Assembly (NCBI RefSeq): GCF_902459465.1
Contig: NC_047077.1
Span: forward strand, 10,416,001-10,480,000
DNA: 64,000 bases
Source: Asterias rubens
Lineage: Eukaryota
Direction of reading: 5' to 3'
The translations under genes were made by a program, and so were the position numbers. Below, piece after piece: positions 19,313 through 32,531 of this stretch; position 1 is the first letter of the stretch, and each line of letters opens with the position of its first letter. Below the pieces are notes generated by a model. It saw only the letters and a program-made list of their open reading frames with translations. It made no database searches and was not told the DNA's origin.

Positions 19313-22300
19313 ATGACGGACTTCTCGGCTTATGACACCACATATCTGTGGATTGTCATCGTCGCTTTTGTGGTAGCTTTCGTCTTGGCGATTGGTCTCG
19401 GTGCCAACGACTGTGCCAACTCGTTTGGGACTGCCGTGGGATCCAAGGTGTTCACGATCTTTCAGGTTGGCAAAAGTCTTTCCATTCTAAATAGTTTTGT
19501 TCATTTATGTTTGTTTGGCTGTTGGTTTTGTCTCCTATCTCTTCACATGCTGATTAATACTACATCAGTGAGAGCCGGTAAAACGGCATTCAAGACACGA
19601 TTGCTGATTCCTTTCGATGCTTTTTCAAGTCTATTAGAAACTCTTTATAATGTTCTATGAGTGTCAGTTTGTAAATGCTGACAGTATGGACGAAATATGC
19701 AAACTGCAACATGACAATGTAGAAACATCGTGCACATCCTCACCTTGGCAAAGTAAAATCTAAAACCAAGATGCAAATTCGAAATAACGGATCTCTTTGT
19801 TATGAAACCTATTGTAGTGAGTGTAAACAAAACTTCATTAAAATACTGTACGCATCTGTGGTGCAAAGGAATTTGGAACACAGTACAGATTATCCTTCTA
19901 ATGACATATGACCCTTTCTAATCCTTTATCTATGTATTTTTAACAATATTTTTACCCTGTAATGCCACATAGTTTAGTTTTGTGCCGCCACTGTTTTTAT
20001 TTTAATGATTGAATGGAAAAAAAAAAAGTTAACTGTCAAAAAAGTAACAATACATGTATAGCGTTCTCCTTACTTACAATGGTCCGCTGGCCAAATGCTA
20101 ATTGAAACACACGAGGAACAGTCAAAAATCACTTCGATAATGGTCCCGCTGCCATACTTCAATGTTGAAAACATTTCAAATTATCGACTTTAAGTCAACG
20201 GACTTATAGTGAACTTATAATTATTGCGCTAACAAGTCTTGCTGGCCAGTCACAGCAAAAGTTAGGGGCAAGCACTGCAAAGGTTCATTGGTAGACTGCA
20301 TTCATTTCATCACATAGTTTTAATAAATATAAAATCCTTTTTTAAGCCAACCACTACATACTTATATCACGACATTTGTTTCGAGACAGTAGTTTCACAG
20401 TGCACAGCTTTCTTTGAGTAAAACTTCACTTCTTATTAATATTTTATTGACCAACTTTCGAGAAACTACGTTGATTTTTTTATTATTACTATTTTTATGT
20501 TTTTAAATTTGTATCATTACTATTTTTATGTTTAATCTTTCAACAGGCATGCTTACTAGCCGCCATATTCGAAACGTTGGGTGCGATACTTCTAGGATCG
20601 CGGGTATCCGACACCATACGGAAAGGCTTGTTCGATCCATTGATTTACACTGGTTATGAACAGGTCCTTATGATTGGGAACCTGTGTGCATTAGTCTGTA
20701 AGTACACACTTAGCCTGACCCTTTTTTTAGGATTTTGTTGTCAACTTGGAGCAAGTTCGATTCCTCCCATGAAGCAAGTTCGGGTGGCGACTAGACCGCC
20801 TAAACTAAGCAGATCAGAAACCATAAAGCATAGGGAGATTGACCATACTATCGAACCATATTATGAAGCACGGTCGACTATGGTAAATTCGAGAGCCATA
20901 CTTTACAGTTTCAGGTCAAGTTTAGTTAGTTGTTAAACCCCAACTTGCCCATGGTTAACTAATAAGAGTTGACTATTGTGGTCGACCATTTTGAAACAGC
21001 TTCATACCATAATTTTAATCTTGGCATGGTCCCGACAGCCTGTTCCATGCTTACATGTGTAAAGCGTAGAAGGGAACCAATGACACTATAACGAACAGGC
21101 GGCCATGTTATCGAAGTGTTAAATACAATACGATTGTTGACTAGACTTCAACACGAGTCGTTCGATTGAGTGCATTATCGCACATGTACGTTGATGGTCA
21201 GTGATAAATCACGGGTCGACTTATGTTCACACTAACTCGAACTTGCTCCTAAACGCCCATGTTGAATGACAATCGACCAGTATGGAAACATATTTGAATA
21301 GTAGGAGCATGGTGGCTAATATAGCTCCTATACTAGTACGAGGGGTATATTTCGAAAAGTTGCACTTCGAAGTATGGTGGAATACGTACAAATATATCAG
21401 TCTTAATGCCAAAAATAAAAGATTCTGAGAAGCTTTGCAGTTAGATTCATTTCTCAGATTTGTCTTATTTGGTATTATACTTCCGGTGTGAACATAATTC
21501 GCTCCAGATTTTTGGCGATTACACAAAAACGCGAAAGAAATTTCACAGGTTTTTGTTGTGTAGTAGTCACATTATACATAATATAGCATTTAATTGAATA
21601 TTAGTCATCTTCATTTATTATACGATTAAAACGAGCGAATGGTTCAATGCACCAAAGGTAAACTGTGCATTTAAGGGGACTCCCCCTGTCTTTACTTCTA
21701 ATGTGTTTGACCGCCAAATACTTATTTTTTGTTTACTAACGCAACTGCATTATTTATGGCTCTCCACTAATCAGCTGCTGCACTATGGCTTCTTGTTGCT
21801 ACGGTGGGAAAGATACCGGTTTCTGCTTCGCATAGCATCGTGGGAGCGACGCTAGGTTTCCATCTTGTCATCTTTGGGGGCGAGGGGATCGACTGGGCGG
21901 TTGTACTCAAAATAGGTGAGTTCAATTCAATAATTTTCAATAATTTATTTGTCCATTATAAAGATAGAAATAGTAAATTTACAGTTTTTAGTCATCTCAT
22001 TAGATAAAATGCTACACAAAGGTTGTGAGGGTGGGTGAGTTTTTTTCAACTGAGGTCGTGCGTTTTTTTTAAATGGAGGGGTGGGTTGTTTTTAAAATGA
22101 GGGATGGGTATGATAGGGGGCGTCCTTTTTGGCAGGACTGCTTGTTGTAGGTACTGCTGGTCACCTGTTCCTCCTTGCCACTCACTGGCTTTGTGTTTTA
22201 TTCGTATTTTTTTGTGTATCTATTTGTATATTTTTATGTCAGTGTATTAGGTACTAAAACAAAACTAAAAACTAAAACAACATTGGTATTGGACGGGACA

Positions 22301-25300
22301 TCTAAATGTTGTTAAAACATAAATCAGTAGGTTGGTATCTTAACGGTTCAACTCGCATTCTCTATGGTCGTCGTCCAGGCCCTTTTCGAAACCACGGTTT
22401 CGGCTCCAGATTCCGCTCAGGCTAGCTTGGCCCCGCTGTTGTTTTGACAACTGCACGTGTTTTACGCATGCGCTCAGGGCTTCAGACGAGAGGACGGAAT
22501 CTGAAGACGAATCCAACTTGCCGAAGCCGTGGTTTCGAAAAGGACCATAATGTGGCCGATGGTGCGGGATTAATAGTCATTATGTAGCGCATGTACCTAC
22601 CGATAGTTTCTCAAGGCGCTTGAATAGACAGACTTGACAGGTTTTTGAACTTTTTGAACTAACTATGAGACCAAATGCTTGTAGCACATTAAAGGGTGCT
22701 GAGCGAGGGACATTCATCAGTCAATGCCAGATACACCGGGGTAACAAGCTTCCTTTACTACGTACATTACACAACATCGGGACCTACGGCTTTACGTCAC
22801 ATCCGAAGGACGAAGCAAAACAATGGGGAAGTGTCTTGCCTAAGGACACCACAGTGTCACGAATGGGACTCATTTATTTTTTTATTTATATTTCTATAAC
22901 AAATAAAACTGTGATCAATGGATCGAAACCCCGCTATATTATAAGTGACTTTTGAAGATAACATAATGGAATCGGCAGTAAAGTAAACAGTGCATCTATT
23001 CTATTGATAAGAGTGTTTGTTATGTCAAGGCGTGGGGGCTGCGTGACAATCACATGTTACGTATTGCCAGTAATCATAGTCTTGAAATCGAGTCGGTAAT
23101 TTGTGTGAAGCCTGCCGCTTAATTGTACTGTGACCTTAGCATGAATGGAAGGATTTGTGTTTTTATTATAGCCAGCAATGGCAGACAAACGGACACTGAC
23201 TAACCACTTGTGATCAAGTCTAGTTATCATTGATTAAAACATTGCGCGCTAATATTATTATCGAGAGCTTTGTAGCTTAATATTGGGATATTGTATTTTG
23301 CGAGCCAATCTTGTTTTGTCTGTTTGGCTAGACTTGATTTTGGGGGTTTTTTTCACAAAAAATTATATTGATTTAATTTAATTAATTGATTTCTCTTTAT
23401 TTTAAAAGGGTAAGTTTTAAATAAAATTTTGGGCTGAAAAATTTAAAATAGAAGCCGGGCATCACTTTACATGGGACCAGTCCATTCATTTTGGACCGGA
23501 GTATTTGTGTCATTACTTTATCGATAAGGTGTACATCGGCAAAGGGTGTATTTTTGGGAACATATAAGTTGTTTTTGCTTACAAAACAGGTTCTGACAGT
23601 ACATCATTTTGTCACTAAAAAAAGCAGAAGTACGTGCGTATTATAATATATTCAAAGGAAGGGTTGGGTGTCTCTGTTCTAATAGTATCATTCTCCTTTT
23701 TGTCTTTTCTTCATTGCAGTGATTTCGTGGTTTATTTCTCCAGTCCTTTCTGGTATCATCTCCTGCATCATCTTTGGGATTATCAAATACACCTTGCTAG
23801 AAACTGTAAGTTCCATTGCAATGAATAAACTGGTACTGTGTCATAATGTAGGGCGCCACCAAGCGTGTAACCACCAGACAGGCCAATTCAAAGAGAACGG
23901 GCCGGAAGGTTATAATAATTTTTATCTGATTCTGAATTATATTCGGTAAAGCAACATAATGTAAACATCTGACCAACTTTGTGTTGAGAAGAACTTAAAG
24001 ATATTTCAGTTAAAGACGTTGGTGGAAATTCAACACAGTCAGGAAGTGACTGAACAACCCAATCCACTTGCAAGGTTCCGGACCGGTCCGTGCTCGAACC
24101 GGAGTCCACGGAGCTTAAAAGGCACAGGCAGAAACCACTGAGCCAACCTAGGTAAAACAATCAGCATTACAAAGCTTCGTTTGACAAACAGACAACGCAA
24201 GTGAGAAAACCCCTAACGAATTAGAAGTATAATTTGTTTAAAGGTGAAATAATTAACCTTGCCAATAAATACTACGGTTTGTTGAACATCGCAAAGAATG
24301 ACAAACCTTTCAAACAAAATTATTTACACAATATTGTCAGCATGATATTAAAATCACGAATTTTGTTTAAATCTAATTAAACAGTCTGGTCCCCTTTAAC
24401 AATATCATTACAGAAGCAGCAACTGAAATGGGGTCTGATCTCCCTGCCCTTCTGGTACTTCATTATCATCTTCATCAATTTTTTCGCTGTATTTTTAGGC
24501 TCAGATCGAGGTGAGTGTAGAACAGTCTCTTTCTATGGAAAACATCCCAAAGGTCAAAACTTATTTATAAAAAAAATGGAACCCTCCCATTAAGGAGGGA
24601 GTGGGTGTATCTAGTCAGATCCCATACAATACATTACGGAAAAAAGCTCAATTAAAGAAAAATTACAGAATAAAACATCATTTTCATGTGGCAACTCACA
24701 CCTGTTATTTTCATGTAAAATATTTTCCGAACAGTGGACTTTAATTGGGCCATGTACATTTTTAACCAGTAAGGCTGCTAACTATGACTGCGGTTTATGA
24801 TTTGCAAAAATCAAGAAATATTGCAATTCAGTAACCTAACGTCATATTTGTTTCTAGTCATTGTGAAATCAGCGGTTAGCTTAGGGTTCGAACCCACAAC
24901 CTTGTGATTGCAAGTCCTGCAGTCTAACCATTTAACCACGGTGACATTAGGGTGTTAGTTGTCAATGCATGGATTACCATTAGAACCAATATGACAAGGT
25001 TGTTTAGGAACAGCTGTAGCTTTTACTTAAAAAATATAAAATGGTTTCGTTGTTCGTTCTGTTTTGCAGTAATCAATGTAGGTATTTGGCTGGTTCCCGT
25101 TATTGCTGGAGGTGCCGCTATATTCGTAGCCATAGCAGTCTATCTATTCCTGGTCCCCTACACTCAATCAAGGGCTGTTGGTAAGTAATTCTGGTAGTAC
25201 TCTCTAAATGTAAAAGGGTGAAAAACACCACTCTTTACATTTCGAGCTGTCCCTCATATGGCTTTTCAAAAAGAGTGGTGGTTATTTCACTCTTTTAAAG

Positions 25301-28037
25301 GGGTTTCACTCTAGGACAGTGTGAAAAATCACTCAGAAAGACGCAAACTTCAATCGAAAAGAGTGGTAGACCACTCGAAAAAGAGTTGTCCTTCATATGA
25401 CTCTTGAAAGAGTGCTTTTTCACCTTTTCCATTAAGATTTGAAGCATCGTTTATGTAAAGTGAGAAATCAGCTTTGGAGCGATAGACATAAGTTTGTTAA
25501 TCACATTTTTTGAAAAGTTGTTGGTCCAACAGACAGGCACGTTATTTTCTAAATTGCTCTTTTTGTTCATGTTTGCAGCTAACCTGAAACTTGAGAAAGT
25601 GAAAGAAGCCGAAGAAGCGACTTGTAAAGAGACTAACGTCGATGCTGCCGTAGATGGGAGTAAGTGAATAATACAGCCTTAAATTAAAGCAAGCAAAGAT
25701 TCTTAACACGGTGTACCGATGTCCAGTTTGGTTTACCTTACACACGAAGTGTGGACATGGAAACAGTAGTTTCCCACACAAAGCAAGGCAGGGTTTGAAA
25801 CACTCTGTGGACTATAATACACAAGGTCATAACAGTGTTTTTGCACTGCTGATGAATATGACTTACATGAAGTGTGCCTGGCTGTATTAACAACAAGCTT
25901 TGTTCGATTGTTGTCAATTGTAGGAGATGGTGCCAATGGGGTGGATACTGGCAGCTCCAACCCGGCATATGAGCACGAAAGCATCCCGGTCCCAAACGGC
26001 AACATCAACAACAACAACAACACCGCAGTGGTCTCCAAAGGTCAAGAGGTCGACGAGGTCAAAATTGAGGTCAAAGACGAAGGGGACTTTTTGGACAGAC
26101 CAAAGAGAGAACGAATCGGGAAGGAGTCCGCCAAGTGGCTTGTGGCTAAAGATTCCGTAGTAGTGACAGTGATTTGCGGACCGCTTCAGGGACTGTCCGC
26201 CTGCTTCGCGGCGTTTACACACGGCGGAAATGATGTCAGGTTAGTTGCTCGGGCATACTTAAGCTCCGGAGTTTGTTTTGTTCATCCATGCTCCTAGCCC
26301 AAAAGCACAAGCTCCTGCATTGCCTTCACCGGTTTTGTAGCTCTGTGCCGGAAGCACTTTCTTAAAAATGTCCGGGTCAAAGTCGACCGGATTCTAGGTC
26401 CCAGCCAGGCTGGCCCAATTTCATAGAACCGCTGAAGCACAAAAAAAGCTTTTAAGCATGATTTTGTTGTGCTTAAAAGCTAAAAAATATGGTTACCAGC
26501 CGAACAACCATGTTGTATGTGCAATCTTTGCCTGGTATCATGCTCATAGCCGCTAAGCAAAAAGTTGTTAAACAATATTGTGTGCTCATAATAACAAATT
26601 ATCCCTCTTCAACATGGGATGCACATTTCAGATAAGCTTTATCAGTCTTTCGAACTGCATCTAGCTACTGGGCAATCCTTTTAGGGTTGCAAAGGTCGTG
26701 GGTTCGAATCCCAGCCAAGTATTATAATGTTATTGTTTCTCAGAACTCTGGCAAGTACTACGGTGCCAACACACATAGGTGTGAAGGTTACACCATGGAG
26801 GTAGAAAGGTTACACCATGGAGGTAGAAAGGTTACACCATGGAGGTAGAAAGGTAACACCATGGAGGTAGAAAGGTTACACCATGGAGGTAGAAAGGTAA
26901 CACCATGGAGGTAGAACGGTTACACCAAAACTGATTCTTTATTTCCTGTTTGATTGTGTTTTTTCTCTACCCAGTAACGCCATTGGTCCCCTAGTGAGTC
27001 TATACTTAGTGTACATCCAGGGTGAGATATCCAGCGAGGCATCTACACCCATCTGGATCTTACTCTACGGTGGTGCAGGCATCTCAGCCGGCCTCTTCCT
27101 ACTAGGACGGAGGGTCATAGAGACCGTTGGCTCGGACCTCACACCAATGACGCCCTCAACGTAAGTATCAACCATTGTGTGTGGTTATTTTTTTTCTATG
27201 GTGTCTTTTCGAAGAATACTGCAGAAGCCTGAACATCTTACGTTAGACTTTGAGGCTCGTGAAATTACACCATAGATACCAGCCGTGAGCAAATGTCCTG
27301 ATCTGTAACTCGCATTTATTTCACAAAGATTCGCAGTCAATTCACACGTACGTTCACAGATACATGTATTACATAGCACTACATGACGTACATAAAATTA
27401 TGCGCACTTTATGCAGACAACTGAAAGTGCAGCTGACTACTCCTCGGAACAATCAGAACACAATGGAAAGCCTACGTCATAAAACTGTAAAAGTCATAGA
27501 CCTTTTCGCAAATACTGGGGCGCGCGCGTAAAGCTTGGAATTAGGTGCATTGTGGTCTTGCTGGTATCAAAATTGATCCATATCTATCCCACAATGCACC
27601 TCATTCAACAGTCTGCGCTTGCGCATTGGTATTTGCGATAAGGTCTATGTAAGACATTCCTTCATGAAAGCGCCCTCGTGTGTCAAAATAAACAGTCAGT
27701 ATCAAGTTTGACACTTTTCCCAATTTCTTTATACAGGGGTCTCGCAATCAATATCGGTGCTGCCATAACGGTCCTAATCGCCTCCAACCTCGGCATCCCA
27801 ATCAGCACAACCCACTGCCTGGTCGGCTCCGTCTGCGCAGTAGGCTTCGTACGCTCCAGACAGGCAGTAGACTGGCGCCTCTTCAGCGGCATCTTCAGTG
27901 CTTGGATCTTCACCGTCCCGATAACCGTACTCCTCAGTGCTGCACTAATGGGCCTACTCCAGCACACCATACCAGGGACGTGCACACTGGTGCCGCTGAA
28001 CAGGACCGCAGACGTGACGTCATCGATGCAGTGGTAA
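19313..28037 (+). CDS. SLC20: SLC20/PiT-family inorganic phosphate transporter, paralogue A, 10 coding exons, 540 aa
   Basis: Exons 19313-19465, 20547-20697, 21775-21915, 23720-23805, 24414-24510, 25070-25180, 25579-25659, 25924-26239, 26975-27160, 27737-28037; GT-AG, 1623 nt, in frame. PiT motifs [77 protein letters not shown]. The 81-nt loop exon is the least certain. Confidence 0.93.
20749..21248. mobile_element. Non-autonomous TIR element family F (SLC20-A intron 2)
   Basis: GAGCAAGTTCGA / TCGAACTTGCTC termini; body homologous to 46048-46475. Confidence 0.65.
22378..22546. mobile_element. Small hairpin MITE family I
   Basis: ggcccttttcgaaaccacgg...ccgtggtttcgaaaaggacc. Confidence 0.7.
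22590..22870 (-). mobile_element. Deu-domain SINE, partial
   Basis: Minus strand gcaagacacttcc...gcttcgtccttcggatgtgacgtaaagccgtaggtcccgatgttgtgtaa; homologous to 38985-39380. Confidence 0.65.
24875..24945 (-). mobile_element. tRNA-like SINE head
   Basis: Minus strand gtggttaaatggttagac...ggttgtgggttcgaaccct has A/B boxes but no complete cloverleaf. Confidence 0.5.
25207..25434. mobile_element. Foldback element (SLC20-A intron 6)
   Basis: Inverted arms aatgtaaaagggtgaaaaacaccactcttt / aaagagtgctttttcaccttttccatt with internal gagtgg/ccactc repeats. Confidence 0.6.
26784..26927. repeat. 22-bp minisatellite x6.5 inside a SINE tail
   Basis: Unit gaaaggttacaccatggaggta; caccatgg at 26791, 26813, 26835, 26857, 26879 and 26901. 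The upstream flank 26650-26785 matches the SINE at 52061-52260. Confidence 0.95.
27497..27647. mobile_element. Small TIR element with TAGACC..GGTCTA termini
   Basis: tagaccttttcgcaaatac / gtatttgcgataaggtcta, plus an inner inverted repeat ggtgcattgtgg / ccacaatgcacc. Confidence 0.65.
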
Positions 28038-28057
28038 CGAATACCACGTTCAAATCA

Positions 28058-28275
28058 CACTCTAAAAACAGTGCTTAGATTTTCAACACAATCGTAAGCA
28101 TAAGTTTTGTACTAACTTTTCACACGTATAACCTTCAACATGGTTAGAGTCTTGTGTGTGTCTGAAAGCTAAACCTTGTAAGCAGAAGTGTAATGATAAA
28201 CATGTTTAAGCTTTAAACATGTTTAAAAAGTGGGTACAACATAGTGTTTTAACTCTAAACACAGTTTTTACAGTG
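28058..28275. mobile_element. CACT-type (EnSpm/CACTA-like) MITE at the start of the SLC20-A 3' UTR
   Basis: CACTCTAAAAACAGTG / CACAGTTTTTACAGTG termini with CA on both sides (2-bp TSD), 20 bp after the stop. Confidence 0.7.
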
Positions 28276-29035
28276 CATATTCCATTATTGTACATATCGT
28301 TTTTAAAACTTTGGATTGATGTCTGTCGATTGCATCTTCCATTTTAACCTAAAGATTTATGTCACTGTTGATATATATTTGCAACTTTGTTGCATTGTTG
28401 TTGTTTGTTTGTTTGCTATTGGTTTGGTGGTGTTCTTTTTCATTTGAGGTGGGGAGGTTCGGTTTTACTGTATAAATTGCTGCAGATTTCAGATAGACAC
28501 CACCATGTTTGTGTGCGTGGTGGGAATTTTTTTTAAGAGTAAAATGTTTTATGAATATTGATATAAATTTAATGTTCTCGGTCTGAAGAGTCCTTTTTCA
28601 GTTGTAAAGGCTAGTTCAGAAAAGAATATTTTATACACATTTAAAAAGTTCAATTAATCAGAAGCCTCATGGATTGCTTATTTTATTTAAAACAAAAAAT
28701 GTAGTTTTTCATAGAGTTTTATGTCTTTCTTCCTTGACAGGTCTAAACTTGCCGAATACAACATCAGGTTTTCTCGTAATCTATTCGACATGATTTGTCT
28801 AAAAATAAAACTGTGACATTCGTAATGAAAAATAACATCAACAAGTTTTTGAGTCTATTTTGTATTAACTCCCTTTTCTGTGTGTAACGCAACGTTTCTT
28901 TTGTTCGAGTGGGTCAAATCTAGGGGCGGTTCACATAATGCTGCCAAGAGCGTCTCAGTTTTTCACATTATTTTACTCGACTCGAATTACTGTGGAACGT
29001 CATTGTGAATAATATTGTTGAGCAGATAACTTTAA

Positions 29036-29402
29036 AGGCAGCGGAAACTATTGGTAATTACTCAAAATAATTATTAGCATGAAACCTTAGGTAACGAGTA
29101 TTAAATGGGGAGCTGTTGATAGTATTAAACACTGCGAGAAACGGCTCCCTCTGAAGTGATGTAGTTTTCGAGAAAGAAGTAACTTTCCACGAATTTGATT
29201 TCGAGACCTCGGATTTAGAATTTAGAAGCATCTGAAAGCACACAACTTCGTGTGACAAGGGTGTGTTTTCTTTCATTAATACCTCGGAACTTCGACGACC
29301 AATTGGGCTCAAATTTTCACAGGTTTGTTATTTTATGTATCTGTTGAGATACACCAAGTGAGAAGACTGGTCTTTGACAATTACCAATAGTGTCCACTGT
29401 CT
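29036..29402. mobile_element. Kolobok-like MITE family A, full length, reverse
   Basis: TTAA at 29032-29035 and 29403-29406. Confidence 0.9.
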
Positions 29403-29406
29403 TTAA

Positions 29407-29791
29407 AGGATAACATTCCCTTGGATCGGTCGAGTTGGTCTATGAAAAGCGTTTGAAACCGTTTGTTATAAAATGCATATCGTTAGAAAGATGTTGTAAA
29501 AGTAGAATACAATGATCCACACAAACATGCCTCGAAATTGCACGGTTTTTCTTTAAGCTCATCAACTAACAAGGTCGGCCACGGGAGTCCAATGTTTGAC
29601 TCCCATAAATGACCGACCGTGTTATTTCGCAGAGTAAAACGAAAACCACGCAATTTCGAGGTATATTTGTGTGGATCACTATATATTCTACTTTTAAAAC
29701 ATTTTTCTAATCATATGCATTAATTTTTATAACAAACGGTTACAAACGCTTTCTACAGACGAACTCGTCCGATCCAAGGCAACGTGTTCCT
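29407..29791. mobile_element. Kolobok-like MITE family C
   Basis: AGGATAACATTCCCTTGGATCGGTCGAGTT...AACTCGTCCGATCCAAGGCAACGTGTTCCT with TTAA both sides; second copy 56277-56660. Confidence 0.88.
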
Positions 29792-30409
29792 TTAAACTTT
29801 AAAAATGTATTAAAAAAAAGAGTCACTCTGACCACATTTCTCTCACTGTGTCAGGATCCGGTGTCCTGTGGAATTTTTTCACGGTGAAACCTTTCCGGCA
29901 TTTTGGCGAATTAACATGGACTCGAGGAGGAGGATTCAAAACGGGCCCAGTCAAACAAAGTTTGTTCACAATTTGCCTAGTGGGGGAGGCGAAACCTACA
30001 AAGGAACAGAATCTCCCGTCACACCAGAATATTTTAGACGTGGCAACCTCAAACAATGTGTATCTTCTTAAAAAAAATATCAGTGTGGAATGATAAAGAA
30101 TTGGCATCATCAGACATACACACTGCTAGTAGCCTGAACATCTGACGTCACTCGTCGATGCCCGTGAATAATGCCAGATACCAGCCTCGAAGCACCTGGC
30201 ATGATCCTGCCAGATTCACCTTTGACCTCGTACTTCACCTTTGACCTCGTACTGTACACACCATACATTTTTAACATAGACATTCTGTACATGCGGCAGC
30301 AGTTGGTCGAAATTGAGTTTAATTTCTGGTGCACATCATGTGGTCACTGGCAAACTATAAGTCACTTCAGAGAAGATCAATTTTAACGAAGAAATTTAAA
30401 GTTAAATTA

Positions 30410-30776
30410 AGCCATTGGACCATTCCGGTAAACAATATTGTCCAAAGGCCCACACTTCGTGTATCACAACTTATATATAAAATAACAGACCGGTGAAAAT
30501 TTAGGCTCAATCGGTCATCGGAGTCGGGAGAAAATAACGGGAAAACCCACCCTTGTTTCCACACGTTTCGCCGTGTCATGACATGTGTTTAAAATAAATC
30601 CGTAATTCTCGATATCGAGAAATGATAATTGTTTTAATGTTTTCTCAAAAAGTAAAGCATTTCATGGAAAAATATTTCAAGAGAAGTCTTTCACCATTAC
30701 CTTCTGTAAACCATGTAAGTTATTTGTAAATCTGTGAACTTTTCTTTTTTTTCTGTTCCGGAAGTGTATAATGGCT
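30410..30776. mobile_element. Kolobok-like MITE family D
   Basis: AGCCATTGGAC...ATGGCT+TTAA; homologous to 49185-49528. Confidence 0.85.
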
Positions 30777-30876
30777 TTAAGTCACTGTACGTTTATCCAC
30801 TGAAATCATTGGGTTTTTAAAACAAGTGACTGTATCCTTTAGGGCCCATGTCTAAGAAAAAAACACCCACTGCAGA

Positions 30877-31140
30877 AACCTTTGGGAATGTCCAATATCC
30901 AATAATGATGTACAGGGTAGACATTCACTGTACAAACCTATGGGAATATACAGTGTCCAATATCGATGTTCAAGATAGAATTTCACTGTACAAACGTATG
31001 GGAATGTACAGTGTCCAGTATCGATGTTCAAGATAGAAATTAACTGTACAAACCTATGGGAATGTACAGTGTCCAATATCGATGTACAAGGTAGACATTC
31101 ACTGTACAATGCGATGGAAATATCCAATGTCCAATATAAA
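30877..31140. repeat. 58-bp minisatellite, about 4.5 copies
   Basis: actgtacaa at 30927, 30985, 31043 and 31101 (period 58). Confidence 0.9.
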
Positions 31141-32003
31141 AATAAAACATTAACATTGGCAGTACCCACATGTGAATGTCCACCAATATAAAAAAAAACT
31201 AGTCATTTAAACCACTGCTTGTGTAAAGATCGCGTTATCGACAGACAACTTCATGAAAGGCTCGACCAAGACGGAAATAGCACTCTCAGAGCTTCGTATT
31301 TTGCATTACGGCTACTCTTAAAACGTAGAACCACCCTCCCGATCTGCCTATAATAATGGACTTTGTATATGCAAAATTACACAAATTATACAAACAAACA
31401 AAAAATGACATAAAAAATTACTTTATCATCACAAAACTTATCCTAATATTAGGGAGCAAATTACAGATATTGCGTTAAATATTAACCGATTTCCTTTTAT
31501 GCATAAACATTCTACGAACGAGAATTTGACCGGGAAGGCTGTGACCCTAGGGCAAAGTGCGTGATTTATCAATTTTTTTCCCGTTCGTAGTGCAACGATG
31601 CTGTAGTGAGAGGGGAATAAATACATATAAGTATAGAGCCTACATACAACTACCTGCCGATTTGTGTATGTACAATGTAATACCACTGGAAACTAACTCG
31701 TTTTAAAAGAGCAAAGGCCTATAGCAATTTGGTCATAGTAGGTGAGTATTAAACAGTTTCATGCGTCCGTGTTTTCGGGAAGGTTTTATATTTTGTATGC
31801 TGTCGGAAGTCATTTGGAAAGACTGTGGATTGATCAGTTGATGTATTTATTCGGTGTTGAGGCGTACATGGTGAGGTATCAATGTTTTGTTGGCGGGGGG
31901 GGGGGTGTTGCAGTACATCGTGTGTAAATTATCTTGCTGCGTTTATATGATTGATATGTTGAAAGACAATTGTTGTTTGTGGTAACACCATTGTGTGTAT
32001 CTA

Positions 32004-32177
32004 CACTGCAAAAACTGGGGGTGTTAACTTGATTCTCTTGATGTCTATATTACATGACAACACTGTTACGGTGTTAATTTCACCAACGATACAGTAATGG
32101 GGCTAAATAACACCATGTCGGTGTTGTCACATATAGATACCAGGAATAATCAATTTAACACCCAAGTTTTTGCAGTG
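32004..32177. mobile_element. CACTG-type hairpin MITE with TA TSD
   Basis: TA-CACTGCAAAAACT...AGTTTTTGCAGTG-TA; the empty site with a single TA is seen in the homologue at about 40640. Confidence 0.85.
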
Positions 32178-32279
32178 TACTTGCCAGGTAGATTTTGTTC
32201 TTTAAAGAGAACTGTCTTGCATTATTCTAGTACCGCGGAGTAGATTTTTCGGGAGACTTCTCACGTCTGAAAAGAACTG

Positions 32280-32531
32280 GGCCCAATTTCATGGCTCTGC
32301 TTACCGTAAGCACAGAATCAGCGCTTACGGAAGCAGGGAATTCTGTGCTTAGCGGCAAGCGTATTTTACGGGTGAGCGGCGAATTTTGGCTTCTGCGCGT
32401 GCGTACTCAACGTTAATACTAGGCATTCTAGGCTTACAAGGCTAGCGCAGAAATTCGGCGCTTGCACGTAAGCGGGGAATCGTGATCGTAAGCGCAGAAT
32501 TCGGCGCTAAGCAGAGCCATGAAATTGGGCC
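32280..32531. mobile_element. PIF/Harbinger-like MITE family B with CTG TSD
   Basis: CTG-GGCCCAATTTCATGGCTCTGCTTA...TAAGCAGAGCCATGAAATTGGGCC-CTG; 3-bp CWG TSDs are known from animal Harbingers. Confidence 0.88.
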
